A stretch of 64,000 nucleotides of DNA from Alphaproteobacteria bacterium (GCA_038131445.1 JAYPPL010000010.1:234683-298682), one strand, 5' to 3'; positions 38,456 through 48,497 are shown, counted from the first letter of the stretch. Made by a program: numbers and translations. The notes: generated from the letters alone by a model not told the origin.

Positions 38456-39754
38456 CTAGGCTTTCGGCCCGAGTCCGCGGCCCTTGGTGATTGCATCCCT
38501 GCCCAGCTTTTCACGCACCCGGTCCATCGTGTTTTCCACGCGCTTTCGGTGTGCCGCATCGGGATCTGCCAGGTCGGGTGGGTCGGCGGCTGCGGCATCC
38601 TCGAAATTCGATAGCCCGACCCCGATCAGGCGGTAGGCCGACCGCGGCGGGGCGCCGGCGATGGCCTTGTCCAGAAGGGGCATAGCGGCGCGGAAGATCG
38701 TCTCGGCCAGTTGCGTTGGCGCGGGCAGCGCCTGGGAGCGGGTGAGGTTCTTAAATTTCGCTGTCTTCAGTTTCAGCGTCACGGTACGGCCGGACAGGCC
38801 GCGCGCCTTGATCCGTGCCGATACCTTCTCGCAGAGCGGCCACAGGCGGCGTGACAACTCATCCCTGGTGGTCACGTCCGCTGAAAAGGTGGTCTCGTTC
38901 GACAGGTTTTTCGGCACCGATCGCGGGGTGACTTCTCGTGCATCCTCGCCCCGGCTGAGGCGGGCAAGGCGCTTTCCCATCGCGCCGAAGCGCGCCATCA
39001 GGCGTGCTTCTTCCACGGAACGGAGCTGACCAATGGTGTGCAGCCCGTCCGAAGCCAGCTTACGGTGCAGCGCCGCGCCGACGCCCCAGATGCGGCTGAC
39101 CGGTTGGCCGTCCAGGAAGTCCAGCGCTTCAGCCCGGCCGATCACCGCAAAACCGCGCGGCTTGTCAAGGTCGGAGGCCAGCTTGGCGAGGAACTTGTTA
39201 TAGCTGAGCCCGATAGAGGCGGTAATCCCGAGCTCCTGCTCGATCCGGTTCACCAGTCGGACCAGAACGGTGGCCGGGCTGGCGCGATGCAGGCGGGCGG
39301 TCCCCGACAGGTCGAGAAAGGCCTCGTCGATGGATAGCGGCTCGACAAGGGGAGAAACTTCGCGCATCAGCTCGCGAACCTGACCGCCCACAGCGGCGTA
39401 CTTGTTCATGTCTGGCCGTATCACCGTCGCTTCTGGGCAGAGCTGGAGCGCCTTGAACATGGGCATGGCCGAGCGTACGCCCTTGATCCGTGAGATGTAG
39501 CAGGCCGCCGAGACCACGCCGCGCTGACCCCCTCCCACGATGACAGGTTTGTCGCGCAGGTTTGGGTTGTCGCGCTTCTCCACGCTGGCATAGAACGCGT
39601 CACAGTCCAGATGCGCGATGGACAGTTCGTGCAGTTCGTCATGAAAGATCGTGCGGGGGGAGCGGCAGGCAGGGCATCGCGTCTTGCGAGGCTGCAGTAA
39701 GGCGGCGCAGTCACGACACAGGCCTGTTGGTGCAGGTACCGCTTCGCTGTTCAT
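38456..39754 (-). CDS. dinB: DNA polymerase IV with an N-terminal four-Cys extension
   Basis: 432 aa. HLDCDAFYASVEKRDNP, IVGGG, SIDEAFLD, and the little-finger region. The N-terminus carries CRDC-x10-CPAC. The start overlaps the upstream ROK gene stop. Confidence 0.92.
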   Translation of the reverse strand: MNSEAVPAPTGLCRDCAALLQPRKTRCPACRSPRTIFHDELHELSIAHLDCDAFYASVEKRDNPNLRDKPVIVGGGQRGVVSAACYISRIKGVRSAMPMFKALQLCPEATVIRPDMNKYAAVGGQVRELMREVSPLVEPLSIDEAFLDLSGTARLHRASPATVLVRLVNRIEQELGITASIGLSYNKFLAKLASDLDKPRGFAVIGRAEALDFLDGQPVSRIWGVGAALHRKLASDGLHTIGQLRSVEEARLMARFGAMGKRLARLSRGEDAREVTPRSVPKNLSNETTFSADVTTRDELSRRLWPLCEKVSARIKARGLSGRTVTLKLKTAKFKNLTRSQALPAPTQLAETIFRAAMPLLDKAIAGAPPRSAYRLIGVGLSNFEDAAAADPPDLADPDAAHRKRVENTMDRVREKLGRDAITKGRGLGPKA

Positions 39755-40653
39755 GTTTTGTCAGGCCAGAGCCAGGCCGCGCCGCGCACTCCGCCTGAAT
39801 CGCCGTGCACGGCGCGGATCACGGGCGTGTCGATGGCGTCGGAGAAGGCGTATTTCGCAATCAGCCCTGGCAGGTTTTCATACAGCCGATCGATATTAGA
39901 CAATCCGCCGCCGAGGACGATAACGTCCGGGTCCAGAATGTTGATCACCGCCGTCAGGGACCGCGCAATCCGGTCCTCAAGTTCGTCCAACGCGCACGCC
40001 GCGGCGGAATCGCCACTCAGTGCTGCCCGGGCGATCTCGGTGGCCGGCAGGTTGCGCCCGGTGTCCTGCGCGAACCGGTGCTCGAAGGCCGGGCCCGACA
40101 CGAAGCTTTCGATACATCCCGTCAGGCCGCAGTAGCAGTCCGGACCTGGATGCTCGTCGGCGCGCATCCAGGGCAGCGGCGTATGACCCCATTCGCCCGC
40201 GATGGCGTTGCGGCCCGTCACGATCTGCCGTTTCACCACGACACCGCCGCCCACGCCCGTACCGAGAATGACCCCGAACACCACTTCGCAGTTGCGCCCG
40301 GCGCCATCCACGGCTTCGGAAATGGCGAAGCAGTTGGCGTCGTTGGCGATCCGGATGGGGCGGTTGAGCCGGGCCGAAAGGTCCCTGTCGAAGGGATGAC
40401 CTATGAGCCAGGTGGAGTTCGCATTCTTCACCAGACCGGTGGCCGGTGAAACTGCGCCGGGAATCCCGACACCGACCGGTGCGCGTTCGTCCGGGACCGG
40501 ATCGACGGTGTCTATCAACCCGGAGATCGCATCGAGGGTGGCGGTGTAGTTTCCGCGAGGCGCTGCGATCCGCTTGCGCGCTATCTGCGCGCCATCGTCA
40601 TCGAGCACGATGGCTTCGATCTTCGTGCCGCCAAGATCGATCCCGATACGCAT
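39751..40653 (-). CDS. ROK family sugar kinase (NagK/Mak-like)
   Basis: 300 aa. [18 protein letters not shown], zinc motif [16 protein letters not shown], and a C-terminal GGGLS. Confidence 0.85.
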   Translation of the reverse strand: MRIGIDLGGTKIEAIVLDDDGAQIARKRIAAPRGNYTATLDAISGLIDTVDPVPDERAPVGVGIPGAVSPATGLVKNANSTWLIGHPFDRDLSARLNRPIRIANDANCFAISEAVDGAGRNCEVVFGVILGTGVGGGVVVKRQIVTGRNAIAGEWGHTPLPWMRADEHPGPDCYCGLTGCIESFVSGPAFEHRFAQDTGRNLPATEIARAALSGDSAAACALDELEDRIARSLTAVINILDPDVIVLGGGLSNIDRLYENLPGLIAKYAFSDAIDTPVIRAVHGDSGGVRGAAWLWPDKT

Positions 40654-40786
40654 GGTTAAGTCTTTAGATGGACATTCGGATAGTTATTATCCCTTTTTTC
40701 AAAATCTGGCTGCACTGTTCGGGGGACCTTTGCTTTTGCCGCGGCGGACACCGCCCGACCTAGTGGAATTATACAAGATCATTTTA

Positions 40787-41152
40787 ATGCCGAAGACCGT
40801 TCTTATCGTCGAAGATAACGAGCTGAACATGAAGCTCTTCCACAACCTTCTGGAGGCGCAGAGCTATCTGTCGCTCCAGACCAAGGACGGGAAGGAAACG
40901 CTTCAGGTCGCGCGTGAGCCTCCCCCGGACCTCGTCGTGATGGATATAAAGCTCCCGGAGGTTTCAGGACTGGAAGTAACCAAATGGATCAAGGAAGACG
41001 ATGAACTGAAGTCGATCCCGGTCATTGCCGTCGCGGCGTTCGCCATGAAGGAGAATGTGGAGAAGATCCGTCAGGGTGGTTGCGAAGCCTATATCGGCAA
41101 GCCGATCTCGGTGACTGAGTTTCTTGAGACTGTGCCGGAATTCATTGGCTAG
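40787..41152 (+). CDS. divK: Single-domain response regulator, DivK-like
   Basis: The internal start [18 protein letters not shown] at 40787 gives 121 aa. [30 protein letters not shown] and [20 protein letters not shown] closely resemble Caulobacter DivK. Ala (GCG, 41033-41035) stands where DivK has the conserved Thr. Confidence 0.85.
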   Translation: MPKTVLIVEDNELNMKLFHNLLEAQSYLSLQTKDGKETLQVAREPPPDLVVMDIKLPEVSGLEVTKWIKEDDELKSIPVIAVAAFAMKENVEKIRQGGCEAYIGKPISVTEFLETVPEFIG

Positions 41153-41180
41153 AAAACGGCCGCTATTCCGGAACGAAGAA

Positions 41181-41204
41181 AGCCGCCCGAAGGGCGGCTT
41201 TTTC
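41181..41204. terminator. Bidirectional rho-independent terminator between divK-like and rpmG
   Basis: agccgccc-gaag-gggcggct followed by ttttt on the + strand. The same stem is followed by ttctt on the - strand, downstream of rpmG. Confidence 0.7.
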
Positions 41205-41243
41205 ATGTAGGCGCTGCGCGAACCGCGCCCGAGCGAAACCGCG

Positions 41244-41411
41244 CTATTTCATCTTCTCTTCCTTGAAGTTGACATGCTTACGCACGACCGGGTCGTACTT
41301 GCGCATCTCAAGTTTTTCCGGTTTCTGGCGCGGATTTTTCTTGGCCACATAGTAATAGCCGGTGTCGGCCGAGCTGACGAGCTTGACGAGAATGGTGTTC
41401 GGTTTGGCCAT
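41244..41411 (-). CDS. rpmG: 50S ribosomal protein L33
   Basis: Below the ORF-track cutoff. Hand translation: [55 protein letters not shown] (55 aa), a canonical L33. The listed ORF 41249..41656 is a different, spurious frame. Confidence 0.93.
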   Translation of the reverse strand: MAKPNTILVKLVSSADTGYYYVAKKNPRQKPEKLEMRKYDPVVRKHVNFKEEKMK

Positions 41412-41498
41412 CGGGCTGCCTTCATACTAGAATCTGGCGGGGAAAATACCCGCCGCACGCCGCAAGTCAAGCGGCGCGTTGCGGGTGGTATGTCTGTT

Positions 41499-43088
41499 TT
41501 ACCTGTTTGCGACGGATGTCTGGGCTTGGTTGAGGAGCGAACGGTAGAGCACCGGGTCGTCGAGGATGGCCCGGGCCATTGCCAGATCAATGTCCGGTGA
41601 CCCGCCATCCGACGGGCAGAGCTCGCGCAGCCGGTGGCGCACGACATCGTTATCATTGCCCGTGGCGCGCCAGTCGTTCAGCCGGTCCGTGAGAATATCG
41701 TCGCCGTGCTGGACGGCGGGAACCAGGCTTTGTACCGATTTGGTCTCACCGCCGCCGTGGGTGCACACGGAGGGCAGCACGCCGAGTTCGTGTAGGCGGT
41801 AGCCCGACGGCGCGAGGAAACGCGACCAGGTCAGGGTCAGTTCGCCCTTGTTGGGCATCTGGAGAACCGTTTGGACCGTTCCCTTGCCGAAAGAATTGGT
41901 GCCGATGACGATGGCGCGGGCATTATCCTGCAGCGCGGCGGCGACAATTTCCGAGGCGGAGGCCGAGTTACCGTTAATAAGCACGACTAGCGGTTGGCCC
42001 CGGGTCAGATCGCCCTTGGTCGCCTGAAACACTTGGCGGCTGCCGGGGTGCCGTCCGCGCGTCGCCGTGATGGCGCCGCCGTCCAGGAAGATGTCGGCGA
42101 CCTTGATCGATGTGTCCAGCCGCCCCCCCGGGTTTGAGCGCAGATCCAGGATGAAGCCTCGGGGCGGGCCGCCGGGCGCACGCATCTCCTCGCGGACCAG
42201 ACGCTCGAGACGCTTCGCGGAGTTGACGTTGAAGCCCGACAGGTGAATTCGCGAAAAGCCGCCTTCTTCGTGCTCGACCTCGGCGGTTTCCGGGACCACA
42301 TAGCTGCGCCGGATACGAAACTCGATCGGTTGGGAGACGCCGGAACGGCGTACCGTGAAGGATACAGTCGAGTTGACCGGGCCGCGCAGCCGGTTGACCA
42401 GTTCGCGCTGGGTCCAGCCGATGATCGGTTTACCTTCCACATGGGTCATGCTGTCCAGAGCATGTACGCCGGCCTTGTAGGCGGGACCACCGTTCGTGAC
42501 CGTCACGATCTCCGCATCGGCCTTATTCATGCGGATAGTGATGCCGATGCCGCCGAAACCGTCGCGGTAGGCGCGTTTTTCGGTCGCGGTTTCGGCATCG
42601 TCATAGCGCGAGAAAGGGTCCAGTGGTCCCAACACCCCGTCGAAGACGGCCTTGAAGATAGCTTCGGCGTGTGCGGCACCCAGGGAGGGTGACGCCTTGC
42701 GGGCCAGCGCGATTGCGGCCACGGTCGCAGCGCTCCAGTCGTCAGGCTTGTCGGTGGCCGGGAAGGGGACGGACCCGATCAGTTTTTCTTTGGACAGAAT
42801 CTGGATGGACCGCTGGTCATCGCGGATTTCGACATTGGTATCGATCTGCCGCAGGCCCGACAGGCCGCTGACGCTAAGGTCGCGCAGCGAGACCGGCACG
42901 ATGTAGCGGTCGGCGATGAAGGTATAGCCGGAATCGAACATGGCTCGGCTATAGGTGTCGGAGTAGGCCGCGCTATGCCGGTCGCCAATCTGCCCGCAGG
43001 AGGTCAACAGCAGTATGAGCATGACCATGCTGACAATGTGGGCGCGTGAAAAAGCCTGTTCGATCAGCATGTTCATGGACAAAGACAT
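41499..43088 (-). CDS. S41 family C-terminal processing peptidase, probable lipoprotein
   Basis: PDZ region followed by GFILDLRSNPGGRLD and LINGNSASASEIVAAALQD...GTNSFGKGTVQ. The N-terminus MSLSMNMLIEQ...LILLLTSCGQ carries a lipobox. ATG at 43088 is 11 nt after GGAGG; the ORF opens with GTG at 43100. Confidence 0.85.
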   Translation of the reverse strand: MSLSMNMLIEQAFSRAHIVSMVMLILLLTSCGQIGDRHSAAYSDTYSRAMFDSGYTFIADRYIVPVSLRDLSVSGLSGLRQIDTNVEIRDDQRSIQILSKEKLIGSVPFPATDKPDDWSAATVAAIALARKASPSLGAAHAEAIFKAVFDGVLGPLDPFSRYDDAETATEKRAYRDGFGGIGITIRMNKADAEIVTVTNGGPAYKAGVHALDSMTHVEGKPIIGWTQRELVNRLRGPVNSTVSFTVRRSGVSQPIEFRIRRSYVVPETAEVEHEEGGFSRIHLSGFNVNSAKRLERLVREEMRAPGGPPRGFILDLRSNPGGRLDTSIKVADIFLDGGAITATRGRHPGSRQVFQATKGDLTRGQPLVVLINGNSASASEIVAAALQDNARAIVIGTNSFGKGTVQTVLQMPNKGELTLTWSRFLAPSGYRLHELGVLPSVCTHGGGETKSVQSLVPAVQHGDDILTDRLNDWRATGNDNDVVRHRLRELCPSDGGSPDIDLAMARAILDDPVLYRSLLNQAQTSVANR

Positions 43089-43162
43089 ATCGCGACACAC
43101 CTCCGCCGGTAAAGGCCATACAGATACATAGGCCTATTCTCGAAGAAAGTTTTGCGATGTCG

Positions 43163-45397
43163 CTAACGCCGGCGCCGCTTGCTGCGCTTGTCGGGGCGTT
43201 TGCGGCCCGATTTGCGAGGCTTCGATGGCCGCCGTGGCTCGATCCGTGCGCCAGAATCCAGCAGATCGAAGATCGCCGAGCCGCTCAGCCCATCGGCTTC
43301 GGCGATTCGCACCTCTACCGCGTCTCCCAGCGCGAAGGAAGCGCCGCTGGAAGTTTGCAGGACCTGAGTGCGGGAATCGAAACGCGGACGGCCGCCGGGC
43401 AGGCGCGAGGCCGGGATAAAGCCCTCAGCGCCCTTTTCGGCGATGTCCACGAAAAGCCCGGCGCGCGTGACGCCCCGGATGACCCCGGAAAAGCTCTGGC
43501 CAAGATGCTGTGCGAGATAGGCCGCCGTGTAGCGGTCGTTGGCGTCGCGCTCGGCCGAAACCGCGCGCCGCTCGGTGACGGAGATATGCTCGCCGATTTC
43601 CTCGAACCGCTCCGCTTCATATACGTCGAGCCCGCCTTCGCCCAGTTTCAGGCCGCTTATCAGCGCGCGGTGGACCAGAAGGTCGGCGTAACGCCGGATC
43701 GGTGAGGTGAAGTGTGCGTAGTCGCGCAGCGCGAGTCCGAAATGGCCGATGTTGTCCGGGCTGTACTCCGCTTGCATCTGGCTGCGCAGGACGATTTCGT
43801 TAACGGCGTGTTCCTGCGGCGTGTCGCGGACCCGGTCCAGGATCGCGTTGAAATCCTTGGTGCGCAAGGCCTTGCCGCGCGCCAGGTTGATCCCGAAACC
43901 GGCCATGACCTCTCGCAGGTCTTCTAGCTTCTCCTGTGAGGGCTCGTCATGGATACGGTACATGACTGGCTGATGCAGCCGCTGTAGTTCACTCGCCGCG
44001 GCGACGTTGGCGCAGATCATGAACTCCTCGATAAGCTTGTGGCTTTCGAGCCGGTGGACGGGCGCGATGTTTGTGACGCTGCCGTCGTCATCGAGAACAA
44101 TCTTGCGCTCGGGCAGCTCGAGATCGAGCGAGCCGCGCTTGCGCCGCGCATCGGCGAGACAGGTATAGGCGCCGTACAAACTGTCGAGATGGCCGGGCGC
44201 CAAGGGTTCCTTGCCCGCGTCGCGGGCGCCTTGCACCTGTTCGTAAGTAAGGCGGGCGCGTGAACGCATTAGGCCGCGGCGGAAATGGTGCCGCTGGAGC
44301 GTTCCGTTCGCCGAAATCCATAGATCGGCGGCCATGCAGGCGCGATCCTCATCCGGGCGCAGCGAGCACAGGCCGTTGGATAGGGCCTCCGGCAGCATTG
44401 GGACCACATGGTCCGGGAAATAGACTGAGTTGCCCCGGCGGTAGGCCTCGCGGTCCAGCGGGGAGCCGGGCCGCACATATTCGGCCACGTCGGCGATAGC
44501 GACGACCAGGTGCCAACCGCCCTTGTTGTCCGGAGACTCATCGGGCTCCGCATAGACGGCATCGTCAAAGTCGCGTGCATCAGCGCCGTCAATGGTGACA
44601 AGCGTCAGGTCGCGCATATCCGTGCGCTTGCCGAGCACGGTCGGCTCCGCCCGTTCGGCTTCGGCCACCACCTCGTCGGGAAAATGGTCGGGGATGCCGG
44701 CGCGGTGTATGGCGATCCGGCTGATGGCATCAGCGGCATCCCCCGCGCCGAGGTTTTCCACGATGCGCGCCTGCGGCATACCGAGGCGGCGTGCGGGAAG
44801 AAGTTCCACGACGACGAGGTCGCCGTTCTCCGCCGAGAGATCGCCCCCGCCGGCGGCGAGGAAATCGCCCCGGTGGCCCCGCTCCAGCGGCGTAATACGC
44901 CCACCTTCGTTGCTGTCGCGGAAGCGCCCGACGACCGTCTCTGCCCGGCTCTGGGCGGGGCGCAGAGGCGTGGCGACATAGCGGTTCTCGCCGCGCGCCG
45001 TCAGCCGTGCGACGAAGCGGTCGCCCACGCCGGGTGCGGGCATCTTTCGCTGGGGCTTGCGCACCTCGATCCGGAAGGGCAGATCGGCCAGATTGTCACC
45101 TACGGGGCGGACGCGCAGGTCGCCATCCTCGGTGATGGACACCACTTCCAGAACCGTCACCGGCGGCAATTGCGCGGCAATCCGCCAGCGCCGTCCCTGG
45201 ACACGTTCGATGCGACCGTCCTCGGCTAGCTCGTGCAGGATGCGGCGAAGGTCTGCGCGCTGCGGGCCTTTCAGCGAGAAGATGCGCGCGAATTCACGCG
45301 ACGGGAGCGCCTCGTGAGACGACTTCAAGATATCCAGAATGTCGTCGGGGCCGGGCAGGCCCTCTGACGGCACATCGCTGTGGGAGCGTTTGATCAA
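43163..45397 (-). CDS. rnr: Ribonuclease R
   Basis: 744 aa. RNB domain (VTIDGADARDFDDAV, HFGL..YAHFTSPIRRYADLLVHR), an S1 domain, and a basic C-terminal tail. Confidence 0.95.
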   Translation of the reverse strand: MIKRSHSDVPSEGLPGPDDILDILKSSHEALPSREFARIFSLKGPQRADLRRILHELAEDGRIERVQGRRWRIAAQLPPVTVLEVVSITEDGDLRVRPVGDNLADLPFRIEVRKPQRKMPAPGVGDRFVARLTARGENRYVATPLRPAQSRAETVVGRFRDSNEGGRITPLERGHRGDFLAAGGGDLSAENGDLVVVELLPARRLGMPQARIVENLGAGDAADAISRIAIHRAGIPDHFPDEVVAEAERAEPTVLGKRTDMRDLTLVTIDGADARDFDDAVYAEPDESPDNKGGWHLVVAIADVAEYVRPGSPLDREAYRRGNSVYFPDHVVPMLPEALSNGLCSLRPDEDRACMAADLWISANGTLQRHHFRRGLMRSRARLTYEQVQGARDAGKEPLAPGHLDSLYGAYTCLADARRKRGSLDLELPERKIVLDDDGSVTNIAPVHRLESHKLIEEFMICANVAAASELQRLHQPVMYRIHDEPSQEKLEDLREVMAGFGINLARGKALRTKDFNAILDRVRDTPQEHAVNEIVLRSQMQAEYSPDNIGHFGLALRDYAHFTSPIRRYADLLVHRALISGLKLGEGGLDVYEAERFEEIGEHISVTERRAVSAERDANDRYTAAYLAQHLGQSFSGVIRGVTRAGLFVDIAEKGAEGFIPASRLPGGRPRFDSRTQVLQTSSGASFALGDAVEVRIAEADGLSGSAIFDLLDSGARIEPRRPSKPRKSGRKRPDKRSKRRRR

Positions 45398-45406
45398 CCG
45401 GGTGGC

Positions 45407-48064
45407 CTAGTCCGCACTGTCCGCGGGTGCTTCCTCTTCCGCCGCGGTCTCCTTCTTCGCAGGTGCCTTTTTCTTGGCGACCGCCTTCTTCTTCGGCGCG
45501 CCCTTCTTCTTGGCTGCCGGCTTGCCGGATTTCTCGGCCTGCTTGGCGATGCGCGCAGCGAGCAGCGCGACGGCTTCGTCGAGCGTAACCTCCTGCGGGT
45601 CGCGGTCCTTGGGGATCGTCGCGTTGGTCTTGCCGTGCTTCACGTAGGGTCCGTAGCGCCCGTCATGGACAGTGATCGGCTTTTCGTCCTCGGGGTGGTT
45701 GCCCAGCTCCTTGAGCGGTGAAGCACGTCCGCGGCGGCCCTTACCTTTCTCGGCGAGCACGGTCACGGCACGGTTGAGGCCGACGCTGAGGACCTCCCGG
45801 GGCTCCGGTAGCGACGCATAGACGCTGCCGTGCTTCACATATGGGCCGTAGCGCCCGATGCCCGCCTGAATGACGACACCATCTTCCGGGTGCGGGCCGA
45901 TATCGCGTGGCAGCGCTAGAAGGGCCAGCGCGACCTCAAGATCGATCTCGTCTATGGTATAGCCGTCCGGGATCGAGGTGCGCTTGGGTTTGGTCGCGGC
46001 CTTGCCCTCACCTTCCGGCTCGCCGAGCTGCACGTACGTGCCATACGGGCCCTTGCGGAGCGTAACGTCCTTGCCGGTCTCGGGATCGGAGCCTAGGATT
46101 TTCGGGCCGTTGGCTAGTTCGGCTGCGGCATCGTCTGCGCCGTCGACGGCCAGCTTGCGGGTGAACTTGCACTCGGGATAGTTCGAGCAGCCAACGAATG
46201 GGCCGTGACGTCCCAGACGCAGGCCCAGCCTACCTTCGTTGCAGGCCGGGCAGGCGCGCGCATCGGTGCCGTCCTCGCGGGCCGGGAAAAAGTGAGGGCC
46301 CAGTTCCTCGTCGAGCGCATCAAGAACCGAGCGCACGCGCAGTTCCTTGGTGTCGTCGATGGCGGTGGAGAAATCGCGCCAGAAATCGCGCAGCACGGCC
46401 TTCCAGTCTATCCGCCCGCCGGAGATGTCGTCGAGACGCTCTTCCATCTGGGCGGTGAAGTCGTACTCCACATAGCGGTGGAAGAAGCTCGACAGAAAGC
46501 TTACCACCAGACGTCCCTGATCCTCGGGAATGAAACGCTTGCGGTCCAGGGTGACGTATTTGCGGTCCTGCAGAACCTGGATGATCGACGCATAGGTCGA
46601 GGGGCGGCCGATCCCCAGCTCTTCCATGGTCTTGACCAGGCTCGCTTCCGAATAGCGCGGCGGCGGCTGGGTGAAATGCTGCTCCGGCGAAATCTCGCGC
46701 ACGGTCGCGGCCTCGCCCTCGTCTAGCGGCGGCAGCCGGCGCTCGTCGTCGCTGTCCTCGCCTGACGGGTCGTCCTGATCCTCGCGGTAGAGCTTGAGGA
46801 AGCCGTCAAAGGCAACGGTCTGGCCATTGGCGCGTAGAGCCAGACGTCCGTCCTGGGAACGCAGGTCCACGGCCACGCGGTCGATCTGGGCTTCGGCCAT
46901 CTCCGAGGCCAGCGTGCGTCGCCAGATCAACTCGTAGAGCCGGAACATGTCGGTATCGAGGATGCCCTTCACGCTGACCGGGCGGCGGAACAGGTCCGTC
47001 GGGCGCACGGCCTCATGGGCTTCCTGGGCATTCTTGGCGCGGGTGCGATAGACACGCGGCTTCTCGGGCAGGTACTCCTCGCCGAAATCCGTGTCGATTA
47101 GGTTCCGGCAGCCCGTGATCGCCTCCTGGCTGAGGGTTACGCTGTCGGTACGCATATAGGTGATGAGACCGACCGTCTCGCCGTCAATCTCGATACCTTC
47201 GTACAAACGCTGGGCGATCCGCATGGTCTGAGACGCGCCGAAGCCCAGCTTCCGCGAGGCCTCCTGCTGCAGGGTCGAAGTGGTGAAGGGCGGCTGCGGA
47301 TTGCGGCGCGTACGTTTTTTCTCGATGGTCGCGATCTTGAAGGTGGCGGCCTCGACGTCGCTCTTGGCAGCCATCGCGGTTCCTTCGTCGGCGATGTCGA
47401 AGCGCTCCAACTTCTTGCCGTCGCGCTCCACCAGGCGGCCTTCAAAAGCGTCTCCGCGAACCGATTCCATGCCCACTTCGATGGACCAGTACTCCTGCGG
47501 CTTAAAGGCCTCGATCTCGGCCTCGCGTTCGCAGATCAGGCGGAGCGCGACCGACTGGACGCGCCCAGCTGAGCGGGAGCCCGGCAGCTTGCGCCACAGC
47601 ACCGGCGAAAGCTTGAAGCCTACCAGATAGTCCAGCGCGCGCCGGGCTAGATAGGCCTCGACCAGCTCGTCATTCACACTGCGAGGGTGGTTGAAGGCGT
47701 CCTGCACCGCGCCCTTGGTGATCTCGTTGAAGACGACGCGCTTGACGTCGATGCCATCCAACAGTCCGCGATCACGCAAGATCTGTTCAATATGCCAGGA
47801 GATCGCCTCCCCCTCTCGATCTGGGTCGGTGGCGAGGTAGAGCTTGTCGGCGCCCTTCAGCGCGCTGACAATCTCGTTGATTGGCTTCTCGGACTTGGAA
47901 TCGACTGACCAGTCCATTTCGAAGTCTTCGTCGGGCCGAACCGAGCCATCCTTGGGCGGCAGATCGCGGACATGACCGTAAGATGCGAGGACCTTGAAGT
48001 CCTCACCTAGGTACTTATTGATGGTCTTGGCTTTTGACGGAGACTCAACAATGACAACGTTCAT
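45407..48064 (-). CDS. topA: DNA topoisomerase I
   Basis: The internal start MNVVIVESPSKAKTINKYLG at 48064 gives 885 aa. Toprim and catalytic-Tyr regions (ITYMRTDS) are present, with C-terminal Zn-ribbon-like repeats and a Lys-rich tail. Confidence 0.97.
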   Translation of the reverse strand: MNVVIVESPSKAKTINKYLGEDFKVLASYGHVRDLPPKDGSVRPDEDFEMDWSVDSKSEKPINEIVSALKGADKLYLATDPDREGEAISWHIEQILRDRGLLDGIDVKRVVFNEITKGAVQDAFNHPRSVNDELVEAYLARRALDYLVGFKLSPVLWRKLPGSRSAGRVQSVALRLICEREAEIEAFKPQEYWSIEVGMESVRGDAFEGRLVERDGKKLERFDIADEGTAMAAKSDVEAATFKIATIEKKRTRRNPQPPFTTSTLQQEASRKLGFGASQTMRIAQRLYEGIEIDGETVGLITYMRTDSVTLSQEAITGCRNLIDTDFGEEYLPEKPRVYRTRAKNAQEAHEAVRPTDLFRRPVSVKGILDTDMFRLYELIWRRTLASEMAEAQIDRVAVDLRSQDGRLALRANGQTVAFDGFLKLYREDQDDPSGEDSDDERRLPPLDEGEAATVREISPEQHFTQPPPRYSEASLVKTMEELGIGRPSTYASIIQVLQDRKYVTLDRKRFIPEDQGRLVVSFLSSFFHRYVEYDFTAQMEERLDDISGGRIDWKAVLRDFWRDFSTAIDDTKELRVRSVLDALDEELGPHFFPAREDGTDARACPACNEGRLGLRLGRHGPFVGCSNYPECKFTRKLAVDGADDAAAELANGPKILGSDPETGKDVTLRKGPYGTYVQLGEPEGEGKAATKPKRTSIPDGYTIDEIDLEVALALLALPRDIGPHPEDGVVIQAGIGRYGPYVKHGSVYASLPEPREVLSVGLNRAVTVLAEKGKGRRGRASPLKELGNHPEDEKPITVHDGRYGPYVKHGKTNATIPKDRDPQEVTLDEAVALLAARIAKQAEKSGKPAAKKKGAPKKKAVAKKKAPAKKETAAEEEAPADSAD

Positions 48065-48130
48065 GGAAACCGGATTCGCTTTCGGTTCTTGCGCGTTTTG
48101 GGCGCGGTCCACGGCGAGTTCGGTTACGTC

Positions 48131-48460
48131 CTAGATCGCCGCGACCCGGTTGCCCGGATGCCGTTCCAAGTGCCCTGCTAGTTCGAGTTTGAGCAGGATT
48201 GCCCTGACGACAGGGGCGGTTAATTGGCACCGACGCACGATTTCGTCAACCGAAACGGGTTCCGGCGACAGACATTCGATAATCGCCCGGCGGCCCTCCG
48301 GTGTTGCGAAACCAGCGGAAAGTCATAGCAATTCACGAGCCGTAGCGGGGCGTTCGGCACCGAGTGGACGTATTGCAGGGGTGCGCCGGAGCATGGGCCG
48401 GACAGCCTCCAGAACGTCGTCTGCGTCGCGCACCAGCGTCGTGCCGATTGGTTGGGCTGA
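48131..48460 (-). pseudogene. dprA: 3' remnant of DNA processing protein DprA (about 109 codons, internal TGA)
   Basis: Hand translation of the minus strand: SAQPIGTTLVRDADDVLEAVRPMLRRTPAIRPLGAERPATARELL*LSAGFATPEGRRAIIECLSPEPVSVDEIVRRCQLTAPVVRAILLKLELAGHLERHPGNRVAAI*. The second half is the DprA C-terminal winged-helix domain. An in-frame TGA sits at 48323-48325 and another at 48461-48463. The plsY stop is at 48498, so the roughly 250-aa Rossmann-like core is absent. Confidence 0.75.
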
Positions 48461-48497
48461 TCACGCGTGCGAGGACCAACCGCTCCGCGCTTTCCGG

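Noticed and set aside
41249-41656. 135-aa ORF listed by the track over the rpmG region
   Set aside because: It is a different frame from the canonical 55-aa L33 that I translated by hand at 41244..41411, and its product has no homology signal.
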